From Sulfurospirillum sp. (GTDB taxonomy: Bacteria > Campylobacterota > Campylobacteria > Campylobacterales > QNZT01), in the NCBI GenBank assembly GCA_003978405.1, contig QNZU01000071.1:1-36244 (forward strand): 36,244 nt of DNA, read 5' to 3'. Under the pieces are notes generated by a model. It ran no database searches, had not been told where the DNA came from, and was given only the letters and a program-made list of their open reading frames with translations. Shown piece by piece: positions 18,827 through 27,347 of this stretch (the stretch's first letter is position 1; each line of letters begins with the position of its first letter). Both the position numbers and the translations under genes were made by a program.

Positions 18827-20305
18827 CTACCCTTCCTTTTTACTAAGCTGTACTAACTGTTTGATTTCATATCTGTTTTTTAACTGTTTGATCAACCCTT
18901 TTTGAACAGAGTCTCTTTTAAGGTCAGCAATATTTTTTGAAAGCACCGCATCCTCTTTTTTAAGTCCGTCACTATCGAGTAGTTTTTGGGCTTTGATTTT
19001 ATATGCTATTACACTGCTCTTGGTTGAAGCAGTTCCACTCTCATTTTCATTTGTAAATATGGCTTGAGCTAGTGCATTTGATTCCTGCGGGTTTAGCTTG
19101 TCACTCTTTTGGAGTTGAGAAATTGTTAAAAATCCTAATTCAACTCCATCTTCAATACCATTTTTTGCTAATGTATTTGCCTTTTGTCTTAACTCTTTCA
19201 TGCCTTTCTCTTTTGCAAGGTCAGCTTTAGCTAAAACTTTTGCCTTTTCAAATGGAAGAGCTTTTGGTTTGTTGATAGAGACAATCTTTCCTGTTAGGTA
19301 ACCATCCTTTAAAGCAACAGCTTTAATATAATCTCCCTGCTTCAAAGAGGATATTTTTGAAAGATCAAAAGGAGCATTGTCAGCATCCACTGTGATGGTC
19401 TCATCAGCTTTTATCTTCCCTTTTTTAAGTTCCAGATATTTTTTTAATGCTGCTTTTTTGATCTTTTTTAGAGCATAAGCTTTTTTTACATCCTCTTTTA
19501 CATCTTCAAATTTTTTGATTTTTCCATCACTGTTTTTAAACTGGAGTCTGTTTTTTTGGTAAAACTCTTCAAGACTCTTATCATCAACATCAATATCTTT
19601 TGCCAATACTCTTATTGCTTCAATTGTGTAGCTTAGTTTAGATTTGTAACTCTCTTTGTGGTTTTGCCAAAACTTTTGAATCTCTTCATCGTTTAAGCTT
19701 ACACTTTGTGGATCTAATGTGAGCTTTTTTATGACAATATCTTTTTTCAGGTTTTTACCGGCATAAAGTGCCTCTTTTTCAAGAGGTGTAGCTTTCATTT
19801 TTAGCAAGTTTGTCAATTTTCTAAGGATGATTCCCTTTTTAACCTCTTCTTCAAACTGCTTTTTATTTATACCTTTTGATCTGAGTATCTGCTCTAATCT
19901 TGATTTACTAAACTTCCCGTCAACCCAAAAAGCTTTGATTGAGGTAAACTCTTTGATCACTTCATCATCAAGTGCAGTTATACCAAGCTCATCAGCATAA
20001 TTTAGAAGAATATTATCATCAATCAGTTTTGCAAAAGCCTGTTCTTGCAGATGCATTTGATTTGCCATCTCTTTTGTAAACTTTCCTTGAAAAACAGAGT
20101 TGTAGTAACTGTACAGGTTGTTTAAGGTTGATTGCATATCTGAGTTTGTGATATATCGGTCTCCAACCTTGGCAATTTTATCTCCACCTGCATTGCCGTA
20201 TTTGTATGCACCCCATCCAACAGCACCCGAACCTATGAAGGCAATTGCACTGATCCAGAGCGTAGGGACTAAAAATTTTCTGTTTTTTTGCATCCAATCA
20301 ATCAT
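18827..20305 (-). CDS. PpiD/SurA-N-like periplasmic chaperone, membrane anchored
   Basis: 492 aa with an N-terminal TM (FLVPTLWISAIAFIGSGAVGWGAY) and Lys-rich helical periplasmic domains. Position upstream of ftsA as in Campylobacter/Helicobacter. Confidence 0.7.
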   Translation of the reverse strand: MIDWMQKNRKFLVPTLWISAIAFIGSGAVGWGAYKYGNAGGDKIAKVGDRYITNSDMQSTLNNLYSYYNSVFQGKFTKEMANQMHLQEQAFAKLIDDNILLNYADELGITALDDEVIKEFTSIKAFWVDGKFSKSRLEQILRSKGINKKQFEEEVKKGIILRKLTNLLKMKATPLEKEALYAGKNLKKDIVIKKLTLDPQSVSLNDEEIQKFWQNHKESYKSKLSYTIEAIRVLAKDIDVDDKSLEEFYQKNRLQFKNSDGKIKKFEDVKEDVKKAYALKKIKKAALKKYLELKKGKIKADETITVDADNAPFDLSKISSLKQGDYIKAVALKDGYLTGKIVSINKPKALPFEKAKVLAKADLAKEKGMKELRQKANTLAKNGIEDGVELGFLTISQLQKSDKLNPQESNALAQAIFTNENESGTASTKSSVIAYKIKAQKLLDSDGLKKEDAVLSKNIADLKRDSVQKGLIKQLKNRYEIKQLVQLSKKEG

Positions 20306-20433
20306 GTTTCTATTAAGCCTATTTCATTTTATTTGTTATTGCGACTATTATATTGAATAAGTTCAAAATTTATCTATAATATTTACTAAGCTATAACTTA
20401 TTTATTAGATTAGATTTGATATTAAAATTATAA

Positions 20434-21000
20434 TTAAGATTTTTGGTATTTAATCAGTTTGCAACTGTTCTCTAAAATAGCAATTTTTTTAATCATAGAG
20501 GTCAAATCTCTACTATATGAGAATAGTCCATAACCTTTTATGATCAAAATATCTCTTTCACTTTTTTTTAGCTCTTTATATATCTCATCTGAAGCTCTTT
20601 TATACCAGGTATCAAAATCCTTAGGATCGTAAATATCGAGCTTTCCTATGTATTTGTAACCAAAAAAATCTTTTGGCAAAAAGTGATCATGATCTAAAGA
20701 GTATGAGGTGATGAAAGGGGGCATTGTATAAGCAACATACTTTGCTTCAGAAATATTTTGATAGATCTTTAGATGTATATCGGCATCTATACTTGCATCA
20801 TTCCATCGGTAATCTTTTCTCTCATAAAGTGTAATAAAATCACTATCTTTAAGATTGTTAAATACAGCATCTTTTGTATTGATAATAAATTTGTCATCTT
20901 CAATCTTAACCGATATGGAGCCGTGAAATATTCCAAGAAAATTTTTAAAAAACATTGAGTTTGATGCAGACTTTAGTTCATTTATAAGATACTTTTCCAT
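20434..21000 (-). CDS. Class II aldolase/adducin-fold protein lacking the zinc-binding histidines
   Basis: Aligns by eye to FucA-type aldolases (GSISVKIEDDKFIINTKD ~ GNVSVRYQDGMLITPTG, and IHLKIYQNISEAKYVAYTM ~ FHMAAYQSRPDANAVVHNH). The ORF track extends to a TTG at 21015, but the ATG at 21000 (MEKYLINE) fits the family N-terminus better. Confidence 0.55.
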   Translation of the reverse strand: MEKYLINELKSASNSMFFKNFLGIFHGSISVKIEDDKFIINTKDAVFNNLKDSDFITLYERKDYRWNDASIDADIHLKIYQNISEAKYVAYTMPPFITSYSLDHDHFLPKDFFGYKYIGKLDIYDPKDFDTWYKRASDEIYKELKKSERDILIIKGYGLFSYSRDLTSMIKKIAILENSCKLIKYQKS

Positions 21001-21019
21001 ACAAGATGATAGCAAATAG

Positions 21020-21028
21020 TGCTATAAT
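21020..21028 (+). promoter_or_regulatory. Extended -10 promoter TGcTATAAT for rsmH
   Basis: TGCTATAAT at 21020-21028, with SD AAGGGG at about 21038-21043 and a TTG start at 21050. Confidence 0.5.
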
Positions 21029-21049
21029 GTTGCATAAAAGGGGTAAAAA

Positions 21050-21958
21050 TTGAAAATTCCGCACATTCCTGTTCTATTAGATGAGATTGTAGAGGTATTT
21101 AAGGATATCAAAGGAGAGTATATTGTTGATTGTACTGTCGGATATGGTGGGCACAGTGAGGCACTGTTAAAAAGATATCCCGATAAAAAGCTCATTTGTA
21201 TAGATCAAGATGATGAAGCACTCAAGTTTTCAAAAGCAAGATTAGCTCCTTTTAAAGATAGAGTTATTTTCAAAAAAGGACGCTTTTCTTCACATATTAG
21301 CCAACTCAAAGAGCTTGATATAGGTGGAATTTTGGCAGATATTGGGGTATCTTCACTCCAATTAGACCAAGCTGATAGAGGGTTTCGATTTGATTCAAAT
21401 AGACTTGATATGAGAATGGATACCAATATAAATTTTGATGCAAAGCAGTTGATAAACAGTTACACTCAAAGTGATCTTCAAAGAGTGCTAAAAGAGTATG
21501 GTCAGATAAGAGAGTATAAAAAGATGGCTTCACTGATCATACAAAACAGACCTTTTGATTCAGCCAAGGAGTTGAGTTCGCTTATAGCCAAACATTTTAG
21601 AAGTTCAAAAATTCATCCTGCTACACTTCTTTTTCAAGCTCTAAGAATTGAGGTCAATGATGAGATAGGAGAGTTAAGAAGACTGCTTCAATCTATCAAA
21701 AATTTAAACATATCTAATTTAGTAGTAGCTATAATCTCTTTTCACTCACTTGAGGACAAAGAGGTAAAGAGTGCATTTAAAGAGTGGAGCCAAAACTGTA
21801 TCTGTCCAAAAGAAGCGATAAAGTGTGAGTGTGGCGGTGATTCCTCTTTGGGGAAGATCTTAACAAAAAAGCCCATTACCCCTACAGGAGAAGAGATTGC
21901 AAACAATCCAAGATCAAGAAGTTCAAAACTCAGAGCATTTAGATTTGCCGATAGATGA
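21050..21958 (+). CDS. rsmH: 16S rRNA (cytosine1402-N4)-methyltransferase
   Basis: 302 aa with a TTG start. Motifs HIPVLL, TVGYGGHS, IDQDDEAL, DIGVSSLQLD, SFHSLEDK and NPRSRSSKLRA. Confidence 0.95.
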   Translation: MKIPHIPVLLDEIVEVFKDIKGEYIVDCTVGYGGHSEALLKRYPDKKLICIDQDDEALKFSKARLAPFKDRVIFKKGRFSSHISQLKELDIGGILADIGVSSLQLDQADRGFRFDSNRLDMRMDTNINFDAKQLINSYTQSDLQRVLKEYGQIREYKKMASLIIQNRPFDSAKELSSLIAKHFRSSKIHPATLLFQALRIEVNDEIGELRRLLQSIKNLNISNLVVAIISFHSLEDKEVKSAFKEWSQNCICPKEAIKCECGGDSSLGKILTKKPITPTGEEIANNPRSRSSKLRAFRFADR

Positions 21959-22262
21959 AAAAGAGATTTTGCTTGAAGAGTATGATAAAGAGCAAAGCAG
22001 AGTTAAAAATATAACATTTAAAGAGCTTCTATTTTTATATCTTCTTATAGTGATAATTTTATCGATAGTGGTACCAAAGATCTATTTTAGCAATCAAATA
22101 TACTATATTTCAAAAGAGATAAACAGTATGTATCATAAATATACTGCCTTAAAAGAGGAAAAAGATGCACTCTTAAGAGAGATTGAGGCCTTGAAATATA
22201 GGATCAATGTCCAGGATGAACTCTCTAATGACAATGAAGAAGAGAGCGATTTGGATCAGTAA
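21897..22262 (+). CDS. FtsL-like small bitopic division protein (start uncertain)
   Basis: Follows rsmH as ftsL does in dcw clusters. It has a single TM (LLFLYLLIVIILSIVV), a heptad-like LKEEKDALLREIEALKY segment and an acidic tail. The ATG at 21897 overlaps rsmH by 62 nt, and an in-frame TTG at 21945 is an alternative start. Confidence 0.55.
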   Translation: MQTIQDQEVQNSEHLDLPIDEKEILLEEYDKEQSRVKNITFKELLFLYLLIVIILSIVVPKIYFSNQIYYISKEINSMYHKYTALKEEKDALLREIEALKYRINVQDELSNDNEEESDLDQ

Positions 22263-22932
22263 TAAAATTATAACCGTTATAGATAGTAAAGATACCGTAA
22301 GCTATCACAGTCAATGATGCCAATTTTAAGATTAGATTTCTTGTAGAGCTCTGCTTTAAAAATCCTACAAAAAAGCCCATACCAAACATTGCAGGAATGG
22401 TACTAAGACCAAAGAGAAGCATTACTAAAGCTCCCCAAAACGGACTTGCCGTGCTTGCTGCTGTGATTGCAAAGAAATAGACAAATCCGCAAGGCAAAAG
22501 ACCGTTTAGCATCCCAAGCATGAAAAATGAACCAAGAGATTTTGATCTTAAAAATGTTCGAAAACTATCTTGGTACCACTTGCTTTTTGAAAAAGTGTGC
22601 TCAATCAAAGTCAAAAACTTTACCTTGCCAAGCAGTGATAGTCCGGTTAAGATCATCAAAACCCCGGCAATTACCAAAAGTGTTCCGTTTGTGTAGTTGT
22701 TAAATGTAGCTACACCTCCAATATATCCAAATATCGCTCCAAGTATTGTGTAGGTCAAAACTCTTCCAAATGAGTAAAAAAGATGGGATAGAATTTGATT
22801 AAGTTTTGATACTTTATCATCAATCTTGGTACTTGAGTATGCCACTACTATTCCTCCACACATACCAACACAGTGACTAAATGATCCTAGAAAAGCTATT
22901 GTTATGATGGTTAGTAGATTGATTGCATCCAT
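22225..22932 (-). CDS. DsbD_2/UreH-like (often annotated TauE/SafE) membrane protein with HCxxMCGG motif, putative metal transporter
   Basis: 235 aa, about 6 TM. Motifs GSFSHCVGMCGGIV and NGLLPCGFVY, and a C-terminal ..LLHCH. Confidence 0.7.
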   Translation of the reverse strand: MDAINLLTIITIAFLGSFSHCVGMCGGIVVAYSSTKIDDKVSKLNQILSHLFYSFGRVLTYTILGAIFGYIGGVATFNNYTNGTLLVIAGVLMILTGLSLLGKVKFLTLIEHTFSKSKWYQDSFRTFLRSKSLGSFFMLGMLNGLLPCGFVYFFAITAASTASPFWGALVMLLFGLSTIPAMFGMGFFVGFLKQSSTRNLILKLASLTVIAYGIFTIYNGYNFITDPNRSLLHCH

Positions 22933-22935
22933 TTT

Positions 22936-23430
22936 TTAAATTCCAAGTACCTTTTTCCTAATGATTGGATTTGTCAAATCTTCACCTCTTAGAACTCTGT
23001 TTTTCATCTGGTTAAAATTTATATATCCATCTTTTTTCATCCCATAAGCTCCAAATCCGTGTCTCATAGGGGTTGCTTCATTGATGCTGTACCAAGCCTT
23101 GGTCGCGTCGATCCAACTATTTTTATCTTTTGCCCATACCCACATCTTTGCATGATCGAGTTTTTTATCTTTTAGCCACAAGATCATACACCCTACATCA
23201 TCAAATACCCATGTTTTACCACTTTTTGAAGCAACTTGAGCAGAGTGTGAAATATCATCTATGATCATTTTGCATTGCGGATCTTGAAGATGATGCAGAT
23301 TTAGATCGAGAGGTTTTTGCTCCAAATTTCCCTTATAGACACTGACCATCTGCTCCTTTTTAGAGAGTGAGACAAAGATCAGTGCCACAATTGCTATAAA
23401 GATAAATATAGGAATCAGTTTTTTTAACAT
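22936..23430 (-). CDS. Membrane-anchored NosL-like protein (single-Cys variant)
   Basis: 164 aa with an N-terminal TM anchor. QCKMIIDD...SGKTWVFDDVGCMILW resembles the NosL CxxCGM...FDDIGCM pattern, with the first Cys missing. Confidence 0.5.
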   Translation of the reverse strand: MLKKLIPIFIFIAIVALIFVSLSKKEQMVSVYKGNLEQKPLDLNLHHLQDPQCKMIIDDISHSAQVASKSGKTWVFDDVGCMILWLKDKKLDHAKMWVWAKDKNSWIDATKAWYSINEATPMRHGFGAYGMKKDGYINFNQMKNRVLRGEDLTNPIIRKKVLGI

Positions 23431-23431
23431 C

Positions 23432-24598
23432 TTAGTCCAAAAGTCTTACACTGATGATACCCTCTATTTTGATCAGCTCAACTAGTGTATCATTTGAAAT
23501 ATCACCCTCTATATCAATGAGGTTATAGGCAATCTCATCTCTGCTTTTGTTTAGCATATCTATGATATTTATCTGCTTGTTTGCCAAAAATGTTGTGATA
23601 TTTCCTATCATATTTGGAATATTCTCATTTGTGATACATATTCTTTTGTTTCCACATTTAGGCATAGAGCATTGTGGGAAATTGACAGAGTTATTGATAT
23701 TTCCGTTTTCAAGAAAATCTTTTATCTCATCAACAGCCATAACAGCACAATTCTCTTCACTCTCAATTGTAGAGGCTCCAAGATGTGGGATTGCGATAAC
23801 TCCATCGGTATTTAAAAGTTCATCTTGAGGAAAATCTGTAATATATTTTTTGACCTTTTTATTTTTAATCGCATCAAAGATATCTGCATTGTTAACCAAT
23901 TCACCTCTTGAAAAGTTGATGATACTAACACCATCTTTCATCATCGCAAGAGTTTTGGCATTGATCATCTCTTTGGTACTATCAAGCAAAGGCACATGTA
24001 TTGTGATGTAATCGACCTGTTTTAAGAGTGTCTCCAGACCTGTTGCTTTTTCTACTTCACCAGAGAGCATCCATGCAGCATCTACTGATATATATGGGTC
24101 ATAACCTATCACTTTCATTCCAAGAGAGAGTGCATCATTTGCCACAAGTGCTCCGATAGCTCCTAGACCTATAACTCCCAAAGTTTTGCCCTTGATCTCA
24201 TTACCTGCAAAATTTGATTTGTTCTGCTCTACAAGAGCGGGGACATCTTCACCTTTGCCTTTTAGAGAGTTAACCCAGTTTACCCCACCTATGATATCTC
24301 GACTTGCCAGAAGCATTGAAGCAATCACGATCTCTTTAACAGCATTTGCATTAGCTCCTGGGGTATTGAAAACGACAATTCCCTCTTTGGTGCACTTTTG
24401 AACCGGAATATTGTTTGTTCCCGCACCGGCTCTTGCTATCGCTTTTAGGTTTGGACCAAATTTATAATCGTGTAGTTTGAAACTTCTAAGCACGATAGCA
24501 TCAGGATCACTAAACTCACTTGCCACCTCATATCTATCTTTATCAAATCTATCAAGACCTTTTGGTGAAATCTTATTTAGAGTTAAGATTTTAAACAT
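23432..24598 (-). CDS. serA: D-3-phosphoglycerate dehydrogenase (with C-terminal ACT-like domain)
   Basis: 388 aa. NAD-binding GVIGLGAIG, plus ITIHVPL and RGELV motifs. TGATG overlap with serC. Confidence 0.93.
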   Translation of the reverse strand: MFKILTLNKISPKGLDRFDKDRYEVASEFSDPDAIVLRSFKLHDYKFGPNLKAIARAGAGTNNIPVQKCTKEGIVVFNTPGANANAVKEIVIASMLLASRDIIGGVNWVNSLKGKGEDVPALVEQNKSNFAGNEIKGKTLGVIGLGAIGALVANDALSLGMKVIGYDPYISVDAAWMLSGEVEKATGLETLLKQVDYITIHVPLLDSTKEMINAKTLAMMKDGVSIINFSRGELVNNADIFDAIKNKKVKKYITDFPQDELLNTDGVIAIPHLGASTIESEENCAVMAVDEIKDFLENGNINNSVNFPQCSMPKCGNKRICITNENIPNMIGNITTFLANKQINIIDMLNKSRDEIAYNLIDIEGDISNDTLVELIKIEGIISVRLLD

Positions 24599-25677
24599 CA
24601 GCTATTCTCCATTTGAAATTTTTTCATCAATTCAACCAAAGCTTCAACTCCTTCAATAGGCATAGCATTGTAAATAGAAGCTCTAAGACCTCCGATACTT
24701 CTGTGTCCTTTGAGTCCTATCATACCAGATTTTGTAGCCTCATCGATCAGTTTTGCCTCAAGCATCTCATCTTTGTCTTTGATATTAAACGATACATTCA
24801 TCAGGCTTCTTGATCCCTCTTTTGCATGGGCTACATAAAAACCCTCAGAATTGTCAATCGCATCATAAAGCAGTTTAGCCTTGATCTGATTTAGTTTGTC
24901 AATCTCTTCTATTCCGCCTTTTGATTTGATCCAGTGTAGTATCAAATTGAGTATATAGATGCCAAAAGTAGGAGGTGTGTTGTAGAGTGAGTTTGCATCT
25001 GCATGGGTTTTGTATTTTAGCATTGATGGAGTGTTCTTTTTTGCTCTCTCAAGAAGTGCATTGTTAATAATGACAATTGTCACACCTGAAGGTCCCGCAT
25101 TTTTTTGGGCTCCGGCATACAAAAGATCAACTCTGTTCCAGTCAACCTGATACGAGAAGATATCACTTGAAGCATCGACAACCAAAGGTGCAGCAGTTTC
25201 TGGATACTCTTTGTATTGGGTGCCGTATATGGTGTTGTTTGAAGTAATATGACAAAAATCAGCCTCATCACTAAAAAGCACTTCAGGTATATGATCATAA
25301 CTGCTATCTTTTGAACTTGCAACAATTCTGTGCTCAATTCCCTGAATTTTTGCCTCTTTGATAGCTTTTGTTGACCAGCTGCCTGTATCTGCATATTCAG
25401 CCACTCCTCCATTGGAGAGATTCATTGGTACCATTGCAAACTGCATCGAAGCCCCGCCTTGCAAAAACAAGATTGAGTAATCCTGCGGAACTTTATACAA
25501 CTCTCTAATAAGAGATATAGCTTCATTGTGGACATCATCATAAAGTTTAGATCTGTGTGATGCCTCCATAATCGACATACCGCTACCTCTAAAGTCAATA
25601 AGCTCCTCTTGAACCTGCTCTAAGACCTCCAAAGCTATTGTTGAGGGACCTGCTCCAAAATTATAAACTCTATGCAT
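24598..25677 (-). CDS. serC: Phosphoserine aminotransferase
   Basis: Starts MHRVYNFGAGPS, with SD AGGAG 5 nt upstream of the ATG at 25677. The track ORF extends to 25734, but that would run across the TGCTATAAT promoter box. Confidence 0.93.
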   Translation of the reverse strand: MHRVYNFGAGPSTIALEVLEQVQEELIDFRGSGMSIMEASHRSKLYDDVHNEAISLIRELYKVPQDYSILFLQGGASMQFAMVPMNLSNGGVAEYADTGSWSTKAIKEAKIQGIEHRIVASSKDSSYDHIPEVLFSDEADFCHITSNNTIYGTQYKEYPETAAPLVVDASSDIFSYQVDWNRVDLLYAGAQKNAGPSGVTIVIINNALLERAKKNTPSMLKYKTHADANSLYNTPPTFGIYILNLILHWIKSKGGIEEIDKLNQIKAKLLYDAIDNSEGFYVAHAKEGSRSLMNVSFNIKDKDEMLEAKLIDEATKSGMIGLKGHRSIGGLRASIYNAMPIEGVEALVELMKKFQMENS

Positions 25678-25701
25678 CAACACTCCTAAAATTTTTTGCT
25701 T

Positions 25702-25710
25702 ATTATAGCA
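25702..25710 (-). promoter_or_regulatory. Extended -10 promoter TGcTATAAT for serC-serA(-downstream genes)
   Basis: The reverse complement of attatagca (25702-25710) is TGCTATAAT. It lies 24 nt upstream of the serC ATG and 7 nt after the stop of the upstream membrane-protein gene. Confidence 0.55.
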
Positions 25711-25717
25711 AGATTGA

Positions 25718-26686
25718 CTAAAGCCAAACACCATTTCTAATATAGTAACTAATTGGAAAATATATTAAAATAGTTAAAAAAATAATAATCAGATATATAA
25801 AATAGACAAAGTATGAATTTTGGGTTTTGCCTATAAAGAGTTTTAAAAAAGCATTTGCATTTCCCAAAATCAAAAGTGCCAAAAGCACTCCCCAGATGAG
25901 ATATCCTATGTAGTAGTATTGAGATTGGAGCATACAAAATGGGCAGATATGTGTCGGTACCTCATATATATAGATACCAAAAAAGTAAAGAACGGCATAA
26001 TATGCACAGATTGAAAAGAGTATGGTACCAAATGAGAGTGCAAAACTGTTTTTAAAATATGCAAAATAGATCGTTAGAGTAGCCAGTAGAAACAAAATTA
26101 TCAAAAGTTTTGTATTATCCAAACCAAACGGCAGAGCATTATCTCCGCTTAGACCGAAGATTACCGAACAGCAACTGACACTTCTGTTTAAATCGATATG
26201 GAAAAAGTAGGCAATTTGAAGATAAAAGCTAAAAACCGCAATAGCATAGATGAAGATAAAAAGAAGATATTTTCTTTTTATGAAAGGATAGTCATAAGCC
26301 TTTTGATCCTCGTTGTTGATAAAGAGCCAAAACATTCCAAAAACTATAAAAACAATCCTGAAAATCTCCAATACTCCTCCATAACCATTCTCTTTGATAA
26401 CTCCAGCAGCACACATGGCTCCTGGTACTATATCGCTTAGTGAATCGATCGTATATGCAAAATAGGGAAGTAAAACTATCTTTGATACCAGTGCGACAGT
26501 GATGATTAAGCTAATTAGATAGTTTTTCATTTGCAATCGGTACTGCTTTTTTGTATTGTTATGAAAATCCCAATCTTTAAGAATAAAAAGGGCATTTACA
26601 AAAGCAAAAGTTAGAGTAAGCAGTATCACAAAGTCAGAAAAAAGAAGTATCAAAAGCGGTGTTTGAAGGAGTAATTTGCTATCCAT
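25718..26686 (-). CDS. Polytopic (about 8 TM) membrane protein of unknown function with CC and CPFC motifs
   Basis: 322 aa with an 8-nt overlap with the ABC ATPase gene. Loop cysteines are C92 (GAMCAAG), C172-C173 (SVSCCS) and C248/C251 (HICPFCM). I recognise no family. Confidence 0.8.
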   Translation of the reverse strand: MDSKLLLQTPLLILLFSDFVILLTLTFAFVNALFILKDWDFHNNTKKQYRLQMKNYLISLIITVALVSKIVLLPYFAYTIDSLSDIVPGAMCAAGVIKENGYGGVLEIFRIVFIVFGMFWLFINNEDQKAYDYPFIKRKYLLFIFIYAIAVFSFYLQIAYFFHIDLNRSVSCCSVIFGLSGDNALPFGLDNTKLLIILFLLATLTIYFAYFKNSFALSFGTILFSICAYYAVLYFFGIYIYEVPTHICPFCMLQSQYYYIGYLIWGVLLALLILGNANAFLKLFIGKTQNSYFVYFIYLIIIFLTILIYFPISYYIRNGVWL

Positions 26687-27347
26687 CTGTAATCTTTACT
26701 ATCTTGGCTTTTTCTATATAGACTCTTTTGTCAACAAAATCGATATGATCAAAGATTGGATCATGAGTTGCTACGATGATGGTCTTGCCCATCTTTTTGA
26801 AATCTTTAAGCATATTTATAACTGTTTGTGAATTTTCCTGATCCAAACTAGCTGTCGGTTCATCAAATAGTAAAATTTTGGGATCGTTGGCAATAGATCT
26901 TGCGATTGCAACTCTTTGTCTTTCACCTCCTGAGAGGTTTTGAACGATTGAGTCTTTCTTATGTTCAATATTTGCCAATCTTAAAACCTCATTTACTCTT
27001 GTATCAATCTCTTTTTGGGAGAGTCTAAGTGGTATCAGAGGGATTGAGACATTCTCTTTTGCACTTAAATTTTCAATCAAAGCAAAATTTTGCAAAGTAA
27101 ATCCTATATGATTTAATCTAAATTGACTTGCATGGTGATCAGGGAGTTTGGATGTTGAAACAGAGTCGATTTTTACCTCCCCGCTGCTTGGCTTCATCAA
27201 AGATGCTATGATTGACAGTAGTGTTGATTTCCCGCTTCCACTTACCCCCTTTAGGATTACAAACTGGGAAGTTGGGATTATAAGATTGATATTTTTTAAT
27301 GCACTAAATTCGTTAAAGTTTTTATTTATATCGATTAACTCTATCAT
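26679..27347 (-). CDS. ABC transporter ATP-binding protein (MacB/LolD/FtsE-like)
   Basis: 222 aa. Walker A GVSGSGKST, signature LSGGERQRVAIARS, Walker B ILLFDEPTASLD. ATGA overlap with the permease gene. Confidence 0.93.
   Translation of the reverse strand: MIELIDINKNFNEFSALKNINLIIPTSQFVILKGVSGSGKSTLLSIIASLMKPSSGEVKIDSVSTSKLPDHHASQFRLNHIGFTLQNFALIENLSAKENVSIPLIPLRLSQKEIDTRVNEVLRLANIEHKKDSIVQNLSGGERQRVAIARSIANDPKILLFDEPTASLDQENSQTVINMLKDFKKMGKTIIVATHDPIFDHIDFVDKRVYIEKAKIVKITDG

Noticed and set aside
25080-25412. 110-aa ORF in an alternative frame of serC (same strand)
   Set aside because: The serC frame has unmistakable aminotransferase sequence throughout, and the alternative frame shows no motif or SD.
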